DNA of 64,000 nucleotides from Scyliorhinus canicula (taxonomy: Eukaryota): contig NC_052154.1 of the NCBI RefSeq assembly GCF_902713615.1, positions 43,753,306 to 43,817,305 of the forward strand, written 5' to 3'. Each line of letters begins with the position of its first letter. Positions within the stretch are counted from its first letter, which is position 1. The position numbers were made by a program, and so were the translations under genes. Below are positions 47,059 to 60,800 of the stretch, piece by piece. A model generated the notes under the pieces. That model saw nothing but the letters and a program-made list of their open reading frames with translations, was not told the origin of the DNA and ran no database searches.

Positions 47059-49604
47059 CCTGCCGAGTTACCCCCTCCCCCACACTCAGGCTTTCAGCAT
47101 CTGCTGTATTTTAGTTTTTTATTTGCCAGACTGTACATGAAGATTGCACTCGTTTGAAATGGATCATTGGTTTGCAGAGATGGAGCAGGAAGAAAAAAAA
47201 ACTCCTTTAGTTCGGATAATAAATGATGAAGATCGTAAATAGAAACTGAAAATGCCAGAAATACACTGAAGGCACGGGCACGTGTGTAAAATCAGACAGG
47301 CTGATACTTTCAGGATTCAAAAAGACACATTCTTGACTCTTAATAACTAACTTGAATAAATATGGTCCGGGAACTGAAATGTCAGGAGTACAGAAATGCT
47401 AAAAGTGTACTGAGATTTTATAGTCTACAAGTTGATTTATTTAAGCTAGAAAGAGGTAAACTATTGGGTTAATGAGACGGTGCAACGTGAACGAGAAATT
47501 AGTAGGCAAGTATTGTTGGTACATGAGTGATGTGAAGCAGTCACAGGAATGCCAGTATGATATCTGCAAACAGGAAGCTGGTGTTCAGCAAAGATGTCAT
47601 GTTCATTCCTGACCACTCTTGCAGCCCTCCTGCAACAGACGTTCCAAAAGGGCAACATTTTAAATCTCTTGTACTGTGAACACACTTTGGATCTGTAAAT
47701 CACTCTGCCAAAGGGGTCATGATCAACCTTACAAATAATTTCAGCAGGTGCCCATACCAGAATTAGATTGAGTGCCCATTCTGGGGCAGATGCGTTCTAT
47801 GTGGCATTCTGTTGCCTCTGATGGGGACACATGAGAGCTTACCAATGTTCCCACTCGGCTGCATGTGGGCGCACAACCTGGGAGATTTTGCACTGAAGGA
47901 ACATTTTACAAGGAAAGTTGCACTCCGAGATCTGGATTGACCGCTGCTTAGTTTTTTCAGAGAAAGTGATTGCCAAAGCCAAGTCTCATTTTGTTCTTAC
48001 CCAACCAGTGTGCATGTACACATCTCACTCGGTAACTTTATTTCTTCAGAATCAGCAATGACAAACCATATTCGAGTGGCAGTGTAAAATATCAGGGTTC
48101 TGTTTCTGAAGCACAATCTAACACGATCCCCTTCTCTGGTCACTGTCTCAGGGTTAAACAGACAGTTCAGCACCTTAACACTGTTAAAACCAGGGAAGAC
48201 ATCAGATTCCACAAACCCAATTTCAGTTGTGTCGGTGGATTTTGAGAGTGTTGTCGGTGGATTTTGAAGGTGTTAAAATCTAGCCTCATTTCCTCCTTCA
48301 CAAACACTACTTACTTCTCCGGGTTCTCCAAGTCCCGAAAGACGTGCTTCTTAGGTGATTTGGACATTCTCAATTCTCCCTCAGAGTACCCGAACAGGCG
48401 CTGTAGTATGTTGACTACGGGATTTTCTCAGTAACTTGATTGCACTGTTAATGTAAGCCTACTTGTGGCACTAAGAAAATGATTCCTTCTATACCTGTAA
48501 CATCGCCGTTATCTATCTGGCGCGGATACAATCGATCCATGTCATTACAAGACAAATGTGCTCTGATGTTCCTTCTGGCCAGCCTCCTATCCTGCAGCCT
48601 ATGTATGCTAAACAGTTTATGAACTCTGCTGCCCATAAACTGGTACCAAAGATCATTCACCCAACGTGCCTGTATTCACTGGCCTGCATTGGTTCAATCA
48701 TAATGTTCTCATATTTGAATTCTTCCTTGCCCTTGTCCCTCAACTCTATCACCTCCAACATCACAATCTTACGTGAACTCTTTTGTGGTTTCCAGCCTCT
48801 GAAAATCCTCCTTTCATCCCACTATCAGCAGTTTACGCAATCTTTTATTTTTATAAATGTAGAGTGCCCAATTATTCTTTTCCAAATAAGGGCCAATTTA
48901 GCATGGCTAATCCACCTAACCTGCACATCTTTTGGTTTGTGGGGTGTACCCACGCAGACACGGGGAGAATGTGCAAACTCCACAGACAGTGACCCAGGGC
49001 TGGGATTGAACCTGGGACCTCAGCGCCATGAGGCAGCAGTGCTAACCACTGCACCACCTGCCGGCCAAATTTATGCATTCAACCAGGTAGGCCTCTTGCT
49101 GTGGAACCCCCCCCCGTTTCCTGCCTTTTCAACAGCCTCCATAAAATTCACCTATTTTACCAAGCTTTTGGTCACTCCCCACCCCTGAATACCTCCTTTG
49201 TTACTTTATTTCTTCTTATGCCTCTGCGAAAGATACTGGGATTATTTCAATGTTAAGGGCATGTAAATATAAGTTGTTGGTGCTTTCAACATAAAAAATA
49301 ATTACATTTTGGCTTTTATGTTTTAATAAATTTTAATGAAACCAAACATATTTTCAATATGTGGTAACTCACTGTCTGAAAAGATGATGTATATTCAGAC
49401 ACATATACAGAATGCTGTGACAAATTCTTTCATTGCTCAGAAATTGCACTGCAAGTTTAATAAAGAAACCCATGCAGACAAGACGATTGATACATGTTCC
49501 CACTGATAGAACTGAACACGCAGGCTAATCTCTTTTCAGTGAAACTGTGTCAAGGAATCAATGACTTCAGTTGTTATTGGACCATCAGCTGCACCGCCCT
49601 GGAT

Positions 49605-49741
49605 TTAAAGGTCTATACTTCCTTTCCCTTTAAATTTTTTAGCGGAACGCTCACTTGCTCTCAGTTGAAACTTGCTGCCGTAGATATAGGAAACAAAGCC
49701 ATCGATTTCCACACTGAAGACACTGTTTTGCTTGGGAATAA
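49605..49741 (-). CDS. POP4: POP4 (RNase P/MRP subunit p29) last coding exon
   Basis: VIPKQNSVFSVEIDGFVSYIYGSKFQLRASERSAKKFKGKGSIDL-stop closely matches the vertebrate POP4 C-terminus as I recall it. Polypyrimidine acceptor ttctccttctccgacccag, phase 1. Confidence 0.95.
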
Positions 49742-51389
49742 CTGGGTCGGAGAAGGAGAATAAGATGAAGTACGTGGAACGACATGCAAAATCCAATTTT
49801 TAAGTTAGTTAAATTCTTTTGTATTTTAATACTTTACATCACAAGTTATACTTTAATAAAAATATGCTGGTGAAAGTGATGTCACTGCCACTGCAGAATC
49901 GATTTCTTAAGAAATAACAACAACATTTACAACTTATAGATATAAAACAAGGAATAATTAATATCTGGGAATGATTATAAACTATTTGAAGAATCTGTAC
50001 AAACCCAGACCATCAATTTACGCTTTGCAATCCACCAATTATCCACATAGGGCTTCCAGTTTAACTGAAATTATGGGCTACAGAATTTTACAAGGGGGTC
50101 AGCTCCATACACAAAGCTTGCACTGCACTAACTGCAAATTACTGCGCAGAACAGGCTAAGCAGAACATTATTTTAGCTGAATTATTCTTCAGTTACCTCA
50201 CCCAGAAATAAACTGACCACAGGGGATCCTGTTTTGAGGAACTTTGTCACAGGACTGAGGTATGATTTTCAATAATATGCTCCGTTAAAGTTAACTTTTA
50301 CTCAGTAGGTTCTGAAGTCCCTTGCAGCTGAGGGCAGAGTGGATATGTGCATTAAACAAGACACACCAGCTTGTGGACTGCACTACTTACGTCTCACTTT
50401 AAGCTGCAATAATAAGTGTTAAAGCATCCCCTCAGGTTTAAATCAAAACAAAATATTTTGGATGAAACAGAAAGTTCTGGAAAAACTCAGCAGGTCTGGA
50501 ACCTCTGCAGAGTGAAAAACAAGAGTTAAATTTGCGAGTACAAAATGACTATTCTTTGGAGTTGAAGAGAGGTAGAAATCAGTGCCAACGGGTCACATTG
50601 GACTTAAAATGTTAATTCTCTTCCTCCCTCCACAGATGCTGTCAGACCTGCTGAGTTTTCAGCACTTTGTTTTTCCCTCAGCTGGGCTGATTAATTTGAT
50701 ACACATCAGGAGTTAGTGACTAGGATACTTTATTTGTAGCTGGTTTAATTGCCCAATCCCAAGACAGTAAATGGCGTCAGCAATCAAACTGCTGTTTATT
50801 TGTTCAGTTAGGAAATTAGAACAAAGAAACACAAGGCCAGTCAGTTTTGTGAAAGAGCCGGTCTTAGGAAGAATCAGTTCTCTCATTTTTAAGGTCATAG
50901 CTGGTCAGAAACTGTATTTACCAAATATGACTCAGTTGGCTGCACTCTTATATCTAAGACACATTGGATTTAAGTCCCAATTCAGACTCAAGCATAAAAT
51001 TCAAGGCTGATGCCCCAATCCAGTACTGAGGAAGTGCTGTGATGAAGATGCTGTCTTTCAGATGAGATTTTAAACAGTCATTGTCTGCTACAAAAGATTT
51101 CATGGCACTATTTGAAAAGGTGCAGATTAATTATCCCTATAATTCTAGCCAATATTTATCCCTAACCAAACCAAGTCTAAGTCAAAGAGTCAGTAGACAA
51201 TATGCTAAATAAGTCTTTAGAAGATTGAAGAAATAAACATTGAAACATCAGTTTATTCTATTCATTTATTCCAGGGTTTTATTGCTATGACTCAATGCCA
51301 TATTATAATGCGACTTGAGATAGGGCAGTCAAACTAAAGTTTTCATTGTAAAGGATGTACTTAGGGGGCAGGTCCGAAATTTACAGTAC

Positions 51390-51491
51390 CTTTGAGCTTA
51401 TTTTCCTCCGTGATAATCTTGAATATGTGTTTCATTTCCTGAAGAATAATTCCTGTGACCCCGACATAGGAGGGACATTTGGATTTTGTCA
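51390..51491 (-). CDS. POP4: POP4 penultimate coding exon
   Basis: VTKSKCPSYVGVTGIILQEMKHIFKIITEENKLK; 102 nt, phase 1-1, AG/GT boundaries. Confidence 0.95.
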
Positions 51492-51949
51492 CTGTAATGT
51501 AAACAGAATTTTAAGAAAAATCTGATCACCAAAGTTTTTAGGTGAAGTTTTTTTTATGCTGATACAATGATAAATAGAATCAGTACTTGCACATGTGCAC
51601 TTTGCAAAAATAAATTAAATTTACATTTCAGAAACCTGTAGGATCTAATGATTATCGAGGAAAAATCAGACCCTTGTGGGCAGTGTGAGAGCTGGTGACA
51701 GACATGTTGATCGCACCATCTCATAAATCAATACACAAATCTTTAAAAATCAAAATATTTGAGATAAGAATCAGGAGTTGCAATTTCTTTGCAAACATAA
51801 ACCAATTGGTTGACAGTTGGTTTCTGAATCTCATTACTAGCTTATTTAATCTCAAAGAGGTTAAAAATCTTCACAAAAAAATGCATCTGAAAATGATTTC
51901 AATTTTTAAAAAGTTATGACCGTTATCCTCAAACCTGTTAAAGGATAAC

Positions 51950-52240
51950 CTCTCCCACCAGAGTGGAATGCTACAGCCCAGTGCCTGATGATAACATCCC
52001 TCAGGCAATCCTGTATTCATATCTTAAACTTGCACACTGCCTGCCAGGTAGGCCAAGATTAAGGTTCAAGGGTTCCTTGAAGGCAAAACTCAAGAAATGT
52101 GTCTTGTCCACAAGACGGGGAGAAAATTCTCAAGAGACAACTACCTGGGGAGCAATCTCAAGTAGTGGCGTTGTTTCCTTTGAAAAGCAGAGATTACAGG
52201 CAGCGATGACCAAAAGTTAGAAAGACTCGACATACAGTCC
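51950..52240 (+). mobile_element. RTE-clade LINE 3' fragment
   Basis: PDDNIPQAILYS...GRPRLRFKGSLKAKLKKC...SFEKQRL resembles the RTE ORF C-terminus. Confidence 0.7.
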
Positions 52241-53547
52241 CAACAAAATTAGACAATTCATCCTTTCATTGTGGAAAGCCATGATGGTTTGCAATCGGGC
52301 TCCACAAACACATGAGAATGCACAGAGGACTTATCTATGCACGCAAGAAATGGATGTCCTCCATAACTGACGCCTATGCCTACTTATTAGAAGAGCTATA
52401 CAATTAGTCTACTCCTGTGCTCTTTTCCTAGACTTTCAATTGTTTTCCCCTTCATATATTTGTCCAATTCCTTTTGAAGGTTACTACTGAATCTGCTTCC
52501 ATCATTTCAGGTAAAATATTCCAGATCATAATCATATTCATGATGGGGAAAGGAATATAAATGCTAATAAGGCTGGATGGAATATAATAGAAGGCGCTTC
52601 TATTATTGTGTGGTACAAGTAGAATTACAATTTAGGGCTGTGCCATCCAAATTATGCCTCTTAATATTAGCTTCCTAGGATCACTGGAGGGATTATTTTC
52701 CATAATATCTAAATCTATGTACAACTGATCTTTTAAACAGCACATTGGAGGGACAACATTTTTTTAAAAAACTGTCAATGGGGTAGGTTGTAATATCCTT
52801 TATACCTTTTCTTAAAAATAAAAGGGAACTTTTTTTGATCTTTCACAATATATTCTGTTTTCTTCTCAGCTGCCTTTGGAACTTGCTAGGATACTGTAGT
52901 TCAACAGTAGCAAGAATCAACGCACAGGGTAGAGAAATAACTTAGTGTTTCTTCGGCAAAGTCCTAAATATCATTTGCAGCTGAAATCCAGATCATGAAA
53001 TCATGTAGCACAGGAACAGACTATACAATCCAGAGTTTGCGTCTAATCTTTCGAAGAGCAATCTAGTTGTCCCACTTCCCTGCTTTTCTCCATATTGCTA
53101 CATATTCTTCTACTTCAATTATTTATCCAATTCCCTTTTGAAGGCTACTATTGAAATTATATTTATCCCTTTGGCAATGCATTCCAAACCTGAGCCACCC
53201 GTGAATACGTTTTTCCTCAAGTCGCCTCTGGTTCTTTTGAGATAATTGTTTCAAATTTGTACCCTCTGGCTAATGACAAACAACTGGGAGCAGTTTCTCT
53301 TTATTTCTTCAATCTCTAAACCTTTTATGATTTTAAACATCTGTAGCAAATCTCCTCTCAGCCTTTCCTGCCTTAGAGAAAATAACCTCCGCTTCTCCAG
53401 TCTAATTTGTACAAGTTAGATGGGTTGTACACTATAGCTATGATGCTACCTACATATAAACTTAATCCACGCTCTGTATATTAGGGTTTACCTTCCTTGC
53501 TGTCGAATTGGCATAATTTACTTACTAACAAACCAATCTATGTGTAC

Positions 53548-53609
53548 CTGTCACAATGGCACCATGAAAATCTGCTTTTAGCAGTTTGGTCTGAATCATC
53601 TGTGTCTGC
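53548..53609 (-). CDS. POP4: POP4 internal coding exon
   Basis: QTQMIQTKLLKADFHGAIVT; 62 nt, phase 2 to phase 1, acceptor ttcttatgtttgcag, donor G|GTACAC. No upstream POP4 exons were found in the window. Confidence 0.93.
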
Positions 53610-53716
53610 CTGCAAACATAAGAAGAAAGCACGGCAATCAAGGGGTATGTTGGCAATGGATTACACAATAAATCAGTTGTTATTCAATGGGTATTACCAG
53701 GAACCTGAAATAGCAT

Positions 53717-53864
53717 GAGCTGGATTCTCCGCCAGTGGGATGCTCAGTTTTGCCAACAGCCCGGGGGTATCCCAACACTGTCCCACAATGGGAAATCCCA
53801 TTGGCTGGCTGGTGTAACGGAGCATCCCGCCAGAAATGGTGCGGCAGGGCGGACAATCCAGCCC
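53717..53864. mobile_element. Short MITE
   Basis: TIRs gagctggattctccgcc / ggcggacaatccagccc. Confidence 0.65.
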
Positions 53865-56800
53865 CATTTCTTTTAACGCTAATTTACCTCAAGTCAAAAG
53901 TAAACTAAACCTTTGCGAATAAATCAAACAATATTTTTAGAAGGATTTCAGCGTTTAAGAAATGTAAGGTGTGATTATCAAATTCTATATAACCTCCTTA
54001 ACATAGCTGTCAGTGCATTCTGACCACTTGCATATTTGTTCCAATCCCTTTGAGAAAGATATTCAAATTTCACGTGGCTGACTTGAAGGATTACATAAGA
54101 ATTCAAGTTTTAAGAGTTTTACTGCAATAAACAAACTAAAAGCAACATTGTCTAAACACTGTCCAGTAGACAACTTACTCTGAAGTAAGAAATGATTCTC
54201 CATTTAACTTTTGGAAGATAGAAAATCCCCTTCCTTGATTATACTTTATTCTGTAAGAATATAAGATGTAAGAACAGAAGTACGCCACTGGGCCCATTGA
54301 ATCGGCTCCGCCATTCAATGAAATCATGTCTCATCCAATATAATTCTCAACTCTACTTTCCCGCCTTATCCCCATAACCTTTAATTTCAATACTGATTAA
54401 AAATATGTCTATCTCAGCCTTGAACATATTTAACGACCCAGCCTCTATACCTGTCTGCGGTAAAGAATTTCACAGGTCCACTACCCTCTGAAAGAAGAAA
54501 TTCCTCCTGCTCTATAGGTGGCACTATATTCTCCAAAACTATTCTCAGCTCCCGAAAGCATGCTTCCTTTTCCCTTTATGAGCTGGATAACTTCCAATCC
54601 CTAAACTGACTTTTATGGTAAGGGATGAATTAGAGATTCTTCCCTCTAGACAAGCTAATTGAATCTTCCAATCACATTTAAATCCTCACAAACCGGTCTT
54701 TTCAATTTGAGCATGAGACCCCATGTGTTTCACGTTGCCTGTTTTTGTTTTGGCAGAAGCGTTAATCCAAATATGTTTAAATTGTGGAGAAGAGGACATA
54801 AGGTGCTTCCATTATGTGTTGTACACGAAAGGGGATGTTAGAGCTTTGATTTTGTTTTCAGGATCAGATTTTCTCTGATCAAGGTGCAGAACTAGCTGCT
54901 TCATATCTTTAAATCTTTATTGTCACAAGTAGGCTTACATTAACTCTGCAATGAAGTTACTGTGAAAAGCCTCTAGTCACCACAGAGGGAGAGTTCAGAA
55001 TGTCAATTCACCAAATAACACGTCTTTCGGGACTTGTGGGAGGAAACCGGAGCATCCCGAGGAAATCCACGGGGACAACGTGCAAAACTCCGCACAGACA
55101 GTGACCCAAGCCGGGAACCGAACCTGGACCCCGGAGCTGTGAATCAGCAGTGCTACCCACTATGCTACCATGCTGCCCCCATGCTCTCTTTCTTCCAGAT
55201 TCTTGTAGACTGACTGTAGAATCATAGAATACCTACAGTGCAGACAGAGGCCCATTCAGCCCATTGAGTCTGCACTGACCCTCTGAAAGAGCATCCTACC
55301 CAGGCCCACTCCCCCACCCCATCCCTGGAACCCCACCTAAACGTTGGACACTTAAGAGGCAATTTTGCACGGCCTAATCCAGCTAACCTGCACATCTTTG
55401 ACTGTGGGAGGAAACCGGAAAGAAACCCATGCAGACACGGGAGAATGTCAGTCGCCCAAGGTCAGAATTGAACCCGGGTCCCTGGCACTGTGAGGCAGCA
55501 GTGCTAACCACCGTGCCTACCATGTTGCCATGTCTGAAAGGTTCAGAAATCTTTTAAGAAAAACTTCTAAGCTGATATTAAAATTCTTTCCTATCAAAAT
55601 GGCCTATCTCCAGGTCACCGTGAATTACATGAGCCAGGTAAAAGTGATTAACTATTTTCTAATTCCCAACTCCATTCTACCTTGGAATTAAATAGACAGT
55701 TAATATATAACTCTTCACAAAACCTAATTCTTAATACCTCTCCTGTGACTTGGGGCCTAACAGTTTATCTACCGTCAACACAGCTGACCCGGTCATTATT
55801 TACAGGTGTGACCATCTTGCACCTTCTTCCTAATAATCAACTTGGACTCCCTTTGTACTTCTAATAACCAAGCCACAAAGGCTTGTTGTTGGGAAGAATT
55901 CAAAACAGGTCATGGCCATTAAATTTCGGCTTTGCCATGAATTCCATGAGAGAACAAAAAAGACTGGAAAATGCTTATTCCATTCAGGCTTTACATCATA
56001 AAAACACATTTATTAAGTTGCTTTTTTAAAAATGATTTTGCCTTGCTAACAAAAATGTGACGGCCAGGTTTTGGCAAGGGGGTGGGGGGATGTCAGCTCG
56101 ACCAAAGTGTTGGCCAGGGTAGAGGAGGGAAGCAGTGTAGAATACTGGGCTAGACCATCAGTTTGGGGGTTGGGTTAGAGCGCCAAGCCCAAGCTTCAGC
56201 CAGGCGCAGAGAAACAGCTCGCTGGGTTCAACGGTCGTCTAGGGGTGGCTACAGTCTTCTAACAGGTGGGCACAAGCCCCGAGGACAAAACTGGCACTAA
56301 TCCAGCACAAACTGCCACCAAGCTTAGGCTACAACAAATGGTGTTGGAAATAGAAAAAAATGTTACAGTAGTGCAGGAGATTGTCTTCAAAATTGGGACG
56401 AAGAAAAGAGGGATCCTTTTAATTTGTACTGAACAGTTTTGTCCCTAACCTGCGAAGTCTAGAGACACTTAAGTTATTTTGCATCAGTATTTCCAATGTT
56501 AAAATCTGAAACTACATAGCAAAAAAACAAACCTCAGCTAATAAAGTAGTTGGTGAGTATGCAGCTCACCAAATCAAAAAGTAGCCCTCAAAAGAATTTT
56601 CACAGGAGGCCTGGGAAAAGAATATTTCGACCCCTGCCCAGACTTGACTAATCAATTATGAACTGGGCAGCATGGTAGCACATTAGTTACCACAGTTGCT
56701 TCACAGCTCCAGGGTCCCAGGTTTCGGTTACTCACTTGTGCGGAGTCTGCACGTTCTCCCCGTGTCTGTGTATGTTTACTCCAGGTGCTCCGGTTTCCTC

Positions 56801-57839
56801 CCACAGTCCAAAAATGTGAAGATTAGCTGGATTGGTCATGGTAAATTGCCCCTTAGTGTCCCAAAAAAAGGTTAACTGGGGTTACTGGGATAGGGTGGAG
56901 GTGTGGGCTTATGTAGGCTCTTTCCAAGAGCCGGTGCAGACTCGATGGGCCAAATAGCCTCCTTCTGCACTGTAAATCTATGAACTGACTGTCTGGCTCC
57001 CCTCTTCCATGGTACATATACACGATCTCATCCAAACTCTGCTGCCTGTACCAAATCCCACTCAATTATCATCCTCATGCTCATGACCTACATTGGTTCC
57101 TGGTGCACTGGTTCACCCAACACCCCAAATTTAACGTTTGCATCCCTGTATTCAAATTACTCCACTATATCGTCTCTCCCTTTCTGTAACTTCCTCCATC
57201 CTATAACCTTTAGGGAACTCTTGTGTTCCTCCAAATCTGGGGCGAAATTCTCCAACCCCCCAGCAGGGTCGGAGAATCGCCTGGGGGGCGCCTAAAATCC
57301 CGCCCCCGCCGTGGCAGGATTCTCCGCCACCCGGGTAGTGGCTGGTGGCGGAATCTCGCCACTCCGATCGGAGAGGCCCCTGCGGTGATTCTCCGGCCCG
57401 GATGGGCCGATAAGTCCCACCGCTGGGAGGCCTCTCCCGCCGCCGAGGTTTAAACCGCCTCTGGAACGGCGGGCTCAGCGGCGCGAGCAGGCCCCCGGGG
57501 TCCTGGGGGGGCGGGGGGCGATCGAACCCGGGGGGTGCCCCCACGGTGGCCTGGCCCGCGGATCGGGGCCCCCCGCTCAGGACTCCGGGCCAGTGCCCTG
57601 GCTGCACTATTTTCCTCGCAGCCGCCACGGCCTTCGCCACGGTGAAGCGGAAGAGAACCCCATATCGCGCATGCGCTGGCAGTGACGTCAGCGGCCAGCT
57701 GCCGCTGACGTCACTGCCGGCGCATGCGCGGGCCGGCGAAAGCCTTTCGGCCAGCCCCCGCTGCCGGGGGCGCCAGTTTTTTGCGCCGGTGTTCTGGTGG
57801 CAACTGCTCCAGCGCGGGGCTGGCCCCAAAGGTGGGGAG

Positions 57840-60800
57840 ACACAGGTGAGGGTACTTAATGGGAGAGGGCCAATTACATCCAACTTAACAGAAAACTGGG
57901 AATGTGGATTGGGAGGGCTATTTGAGGGCAAATCCACATCTGACATGTGGGAGGTTTTTAAAGGCCAGTTGATTGAAGTGCAGGACAGGCATATGCACTC
58001 AAAAATGAAGGATAGAAATGGCAGGATTCGGGAAGCATGGATGACAAGGTAAATTGTAAGCTTAGTCAAAAGGAAAAAGGAAGCAGACGATAGGTCTCGG
58101 CTTCTAAAAACTGACAACGCCCTTGAGGAGTACAGTGAAATTAGGAAGGAACTTAAACGTGGAAATAGAGGGCTAAAAGGGGCCACAAAATGTCTTTAGC
58201 AAACATGGTCAAGGAGAATCCCAAGACATTTTCTGCATATATTAAGAGCAAGAGGGTAGCAAGAGATTGAGTAGGCCCACTTAAGGACAATGGAGGGAGG
58301 TTATGCGTGAAACCACAGGAAGTGGGTGAAATTCTTAACGAGTATTTTGTATCGGTATTCACCAGGGAGAAGGACATGACGAATGTGGAGGTCAGGGATA
58401 GGTGCGTGAACTCTCTTGAGAACGTCAATATATCAAAGGAGGAAGTGTTGAGTATCTTAAATTGCATTTAAGGTAGAAAAGTCCCTGGGGCCGGATGGGA
58501 TCCATCCCAAGTTATTGCTGGAGTCAAGGGAGAAATAGCTGGAGCCTTAATATATCTTCGCATCCTATTTTTTTTTTTTGAAAATCTTTTTATTGGCTTT
58601 TCTCATATTTATAAACAGTTGTTGTGCATATTCATTACATTTTTCTTACCTGCGCTAATATACGTTATTTTACAGAGAGGTTTATTTTGTCCTTCACTTA
58701 ACTAACTCGATGTACATTCTGTTATCCTATGGATTGGTCAATGATTCCACCCCCCCCCCCCCCCCCCCCCCCCCTCCGCACCCCCATGGCTTCAGCACCC
58801 TTCCTCTTCTCTTGTGGTTTCCCCACCTTCCTTCTGCAAACCCCCCCCCACCACCCCCAGGTTGCGCAGTCCTTTGGTTCTTCATCTTTGTTTTTTCCCT
58901 GGCTTACTCCTCGTTGTTGACCTTCCAGGTTTTGGAACAGGCCGACAAACTGCCCCCAAGTATCCAGGAAGCCTTCCTCTGACCCTTGGATGGCATACTT
59001 AATCTTCTCCAGGTGGAGAAATTCCGAGAGGTCAGCGAGCCAGTCTGCAGCTTTGGGTGATGCTGCCGATCGCCAGCCGAGCAGGATTCTCCGGCGTGCG
59101 GTTAGGGAAGCGAAACGAAGGGCATTGGCCCCCTTCCCCATGTGTAACTCTGGCTGCTCCGATACCCCGAAGATTGCCACTAATGGGCATGGCTTCACCC
59201 CCACAACCCTGGACATTGCCTCGGAGAAGGCTGTCCAGAACCCTGCAAGCTTGGGGCAAGCCCAAAACATGTGGGTGTGGTTGGCCAGGCCCATCTGGCA
59301 TCGCTCACATTTGTCCTCCACCTCCGGGAAGAACCTGCTTATTCGGGTTCTGGTCAGGTGTGCTCTGTGCACCACTTTGAGCTGCATTAGGCTTAGCCTT
59401 GCGCAGGAGGAGGTGGAGCTCACCCTGCTCAGTGCTTCGCTCCAGAGTCCCCACCTACCTCTGTCCCCAGTTCGTCCTTCATTTTTGTCTTGTCCTGCCC
59501 AGTAGTGTTCGTGCTCTGTCCAGTATCTGTCCGTATATTTTCCCACATAGCCCCCCCCCTTCTCGCTGCTTGTGCCTATCAGGTCCTAGTGTATTTTCTG
59601 GGGCTCCGGGGTACCCTACTGTCTATTTGCGGAAGTGTTTTATTTGGAGGTGTCTCAATTCCTGTCCTTTTGCTAGTTTCCACTTCCTCGTCAGTTCATC
59701 CAGTGTCGCAGTCTGCGTCCTATATAGATGTCCCCGACCGTCAGTGTGCCCCCCGTCCCTCCTCCATCTTTCGAAGATGGTATCTAGCATGGCTGGGGGA
59801 ATCTGTGATTGCCGTAGATGGGGGCCATTTTGGTTGACCCGAAGTGCTGTCTCAACTTGGTCCACGTTCTCAGCGTGGGCGGTACCACTGGGCTCATTTT
59901 GTATCTTACTGAGGAGAATGGGAGTGTTGCTGTAGCCAGGGCCTGGAGGGTTGTTCCTTTACAGGATGCCTCCTCCATTTGTTCCCAATCTGTATCGGGT
60001 TCTTGTACCCATCCCCTCACTGTTTCTGCCGTTGCAGCCCAGTGGTAGTATTGTAGGTTCGGTAGGGCCAGCCCCCTTTGACTTTTCCTCTTTGCAGTGT
60101 CGGTTTGGGAATTTTCGGGTTCTTGTGTGGGAACCACACAAACGCTATGGTTAGACGGTCTACGTTTTGGAAAAAGGCCTTGGGGATGAAGATCGGGATG
60201 GATCTAAACAGGAAGACGAACCTTGGCAGTACGTTCATCTTGATCGTCTGCACTCTTGAGCCCCACGGTTGAAGGTCTTTTCTTACTTTCTCCACCAGGC
60301 TGGTCAGGTTCCACTTGTGGATCTGTGTCCAGTCTCTGGCTATTTGGATCGCCAGGTAATGGAATCTGTTCTGGACCGTTTTGAATGGACCCTTTAGCTC
60401 TGTCCCTCCCCCTTTTGGGTTCACTGGGAATGCCTCGCTTTTGCCCAGGTTAAGTTTGTAGCCCAAGAAGGTTCCAAACTCTTTCAGTATTTGCAGTATT
60501 GCTTTCAGTCCCTCCGTGGCTTTGAGACAGAGGAGCAGGTCATCTGCATAGAGTGAGACTCTGTGCTCTCTGTCTCCTCTCCGGATTCCCTTCCAGCTTT
60601 TTGCATCCCGCAGGGCTGTCGCCAGAGGTTCGATCGCGAGCACGAACAAGAGTGGGGACAGGGGCAGCCCTGTCTTGTTCCTCTCTGTAGCTGGACGTAT
60701 TCAGAGCTGGTGATGTTAGTTCGGACACTTGCTTTGGGAGCTTTGTACAGGAGCCTCACCCAGGAGGTGAATCCTGCTCCTAGCCCAAACCATTCCAGTA

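Noticed and set aside
47843-47892. 50-nt exon-like segment (ag...gtaagc, minus strand) between POP4 and the Ig-NLR
   Set aside because: No recognisable coding content. It may be a chance splice-site pair, and the promoter motifs lie downstream of it.
47997-48212. 71-aa minus-strand ORF ending at a gtaag donor
   Set aside because: No convincing acceptor and no recognisable domain.
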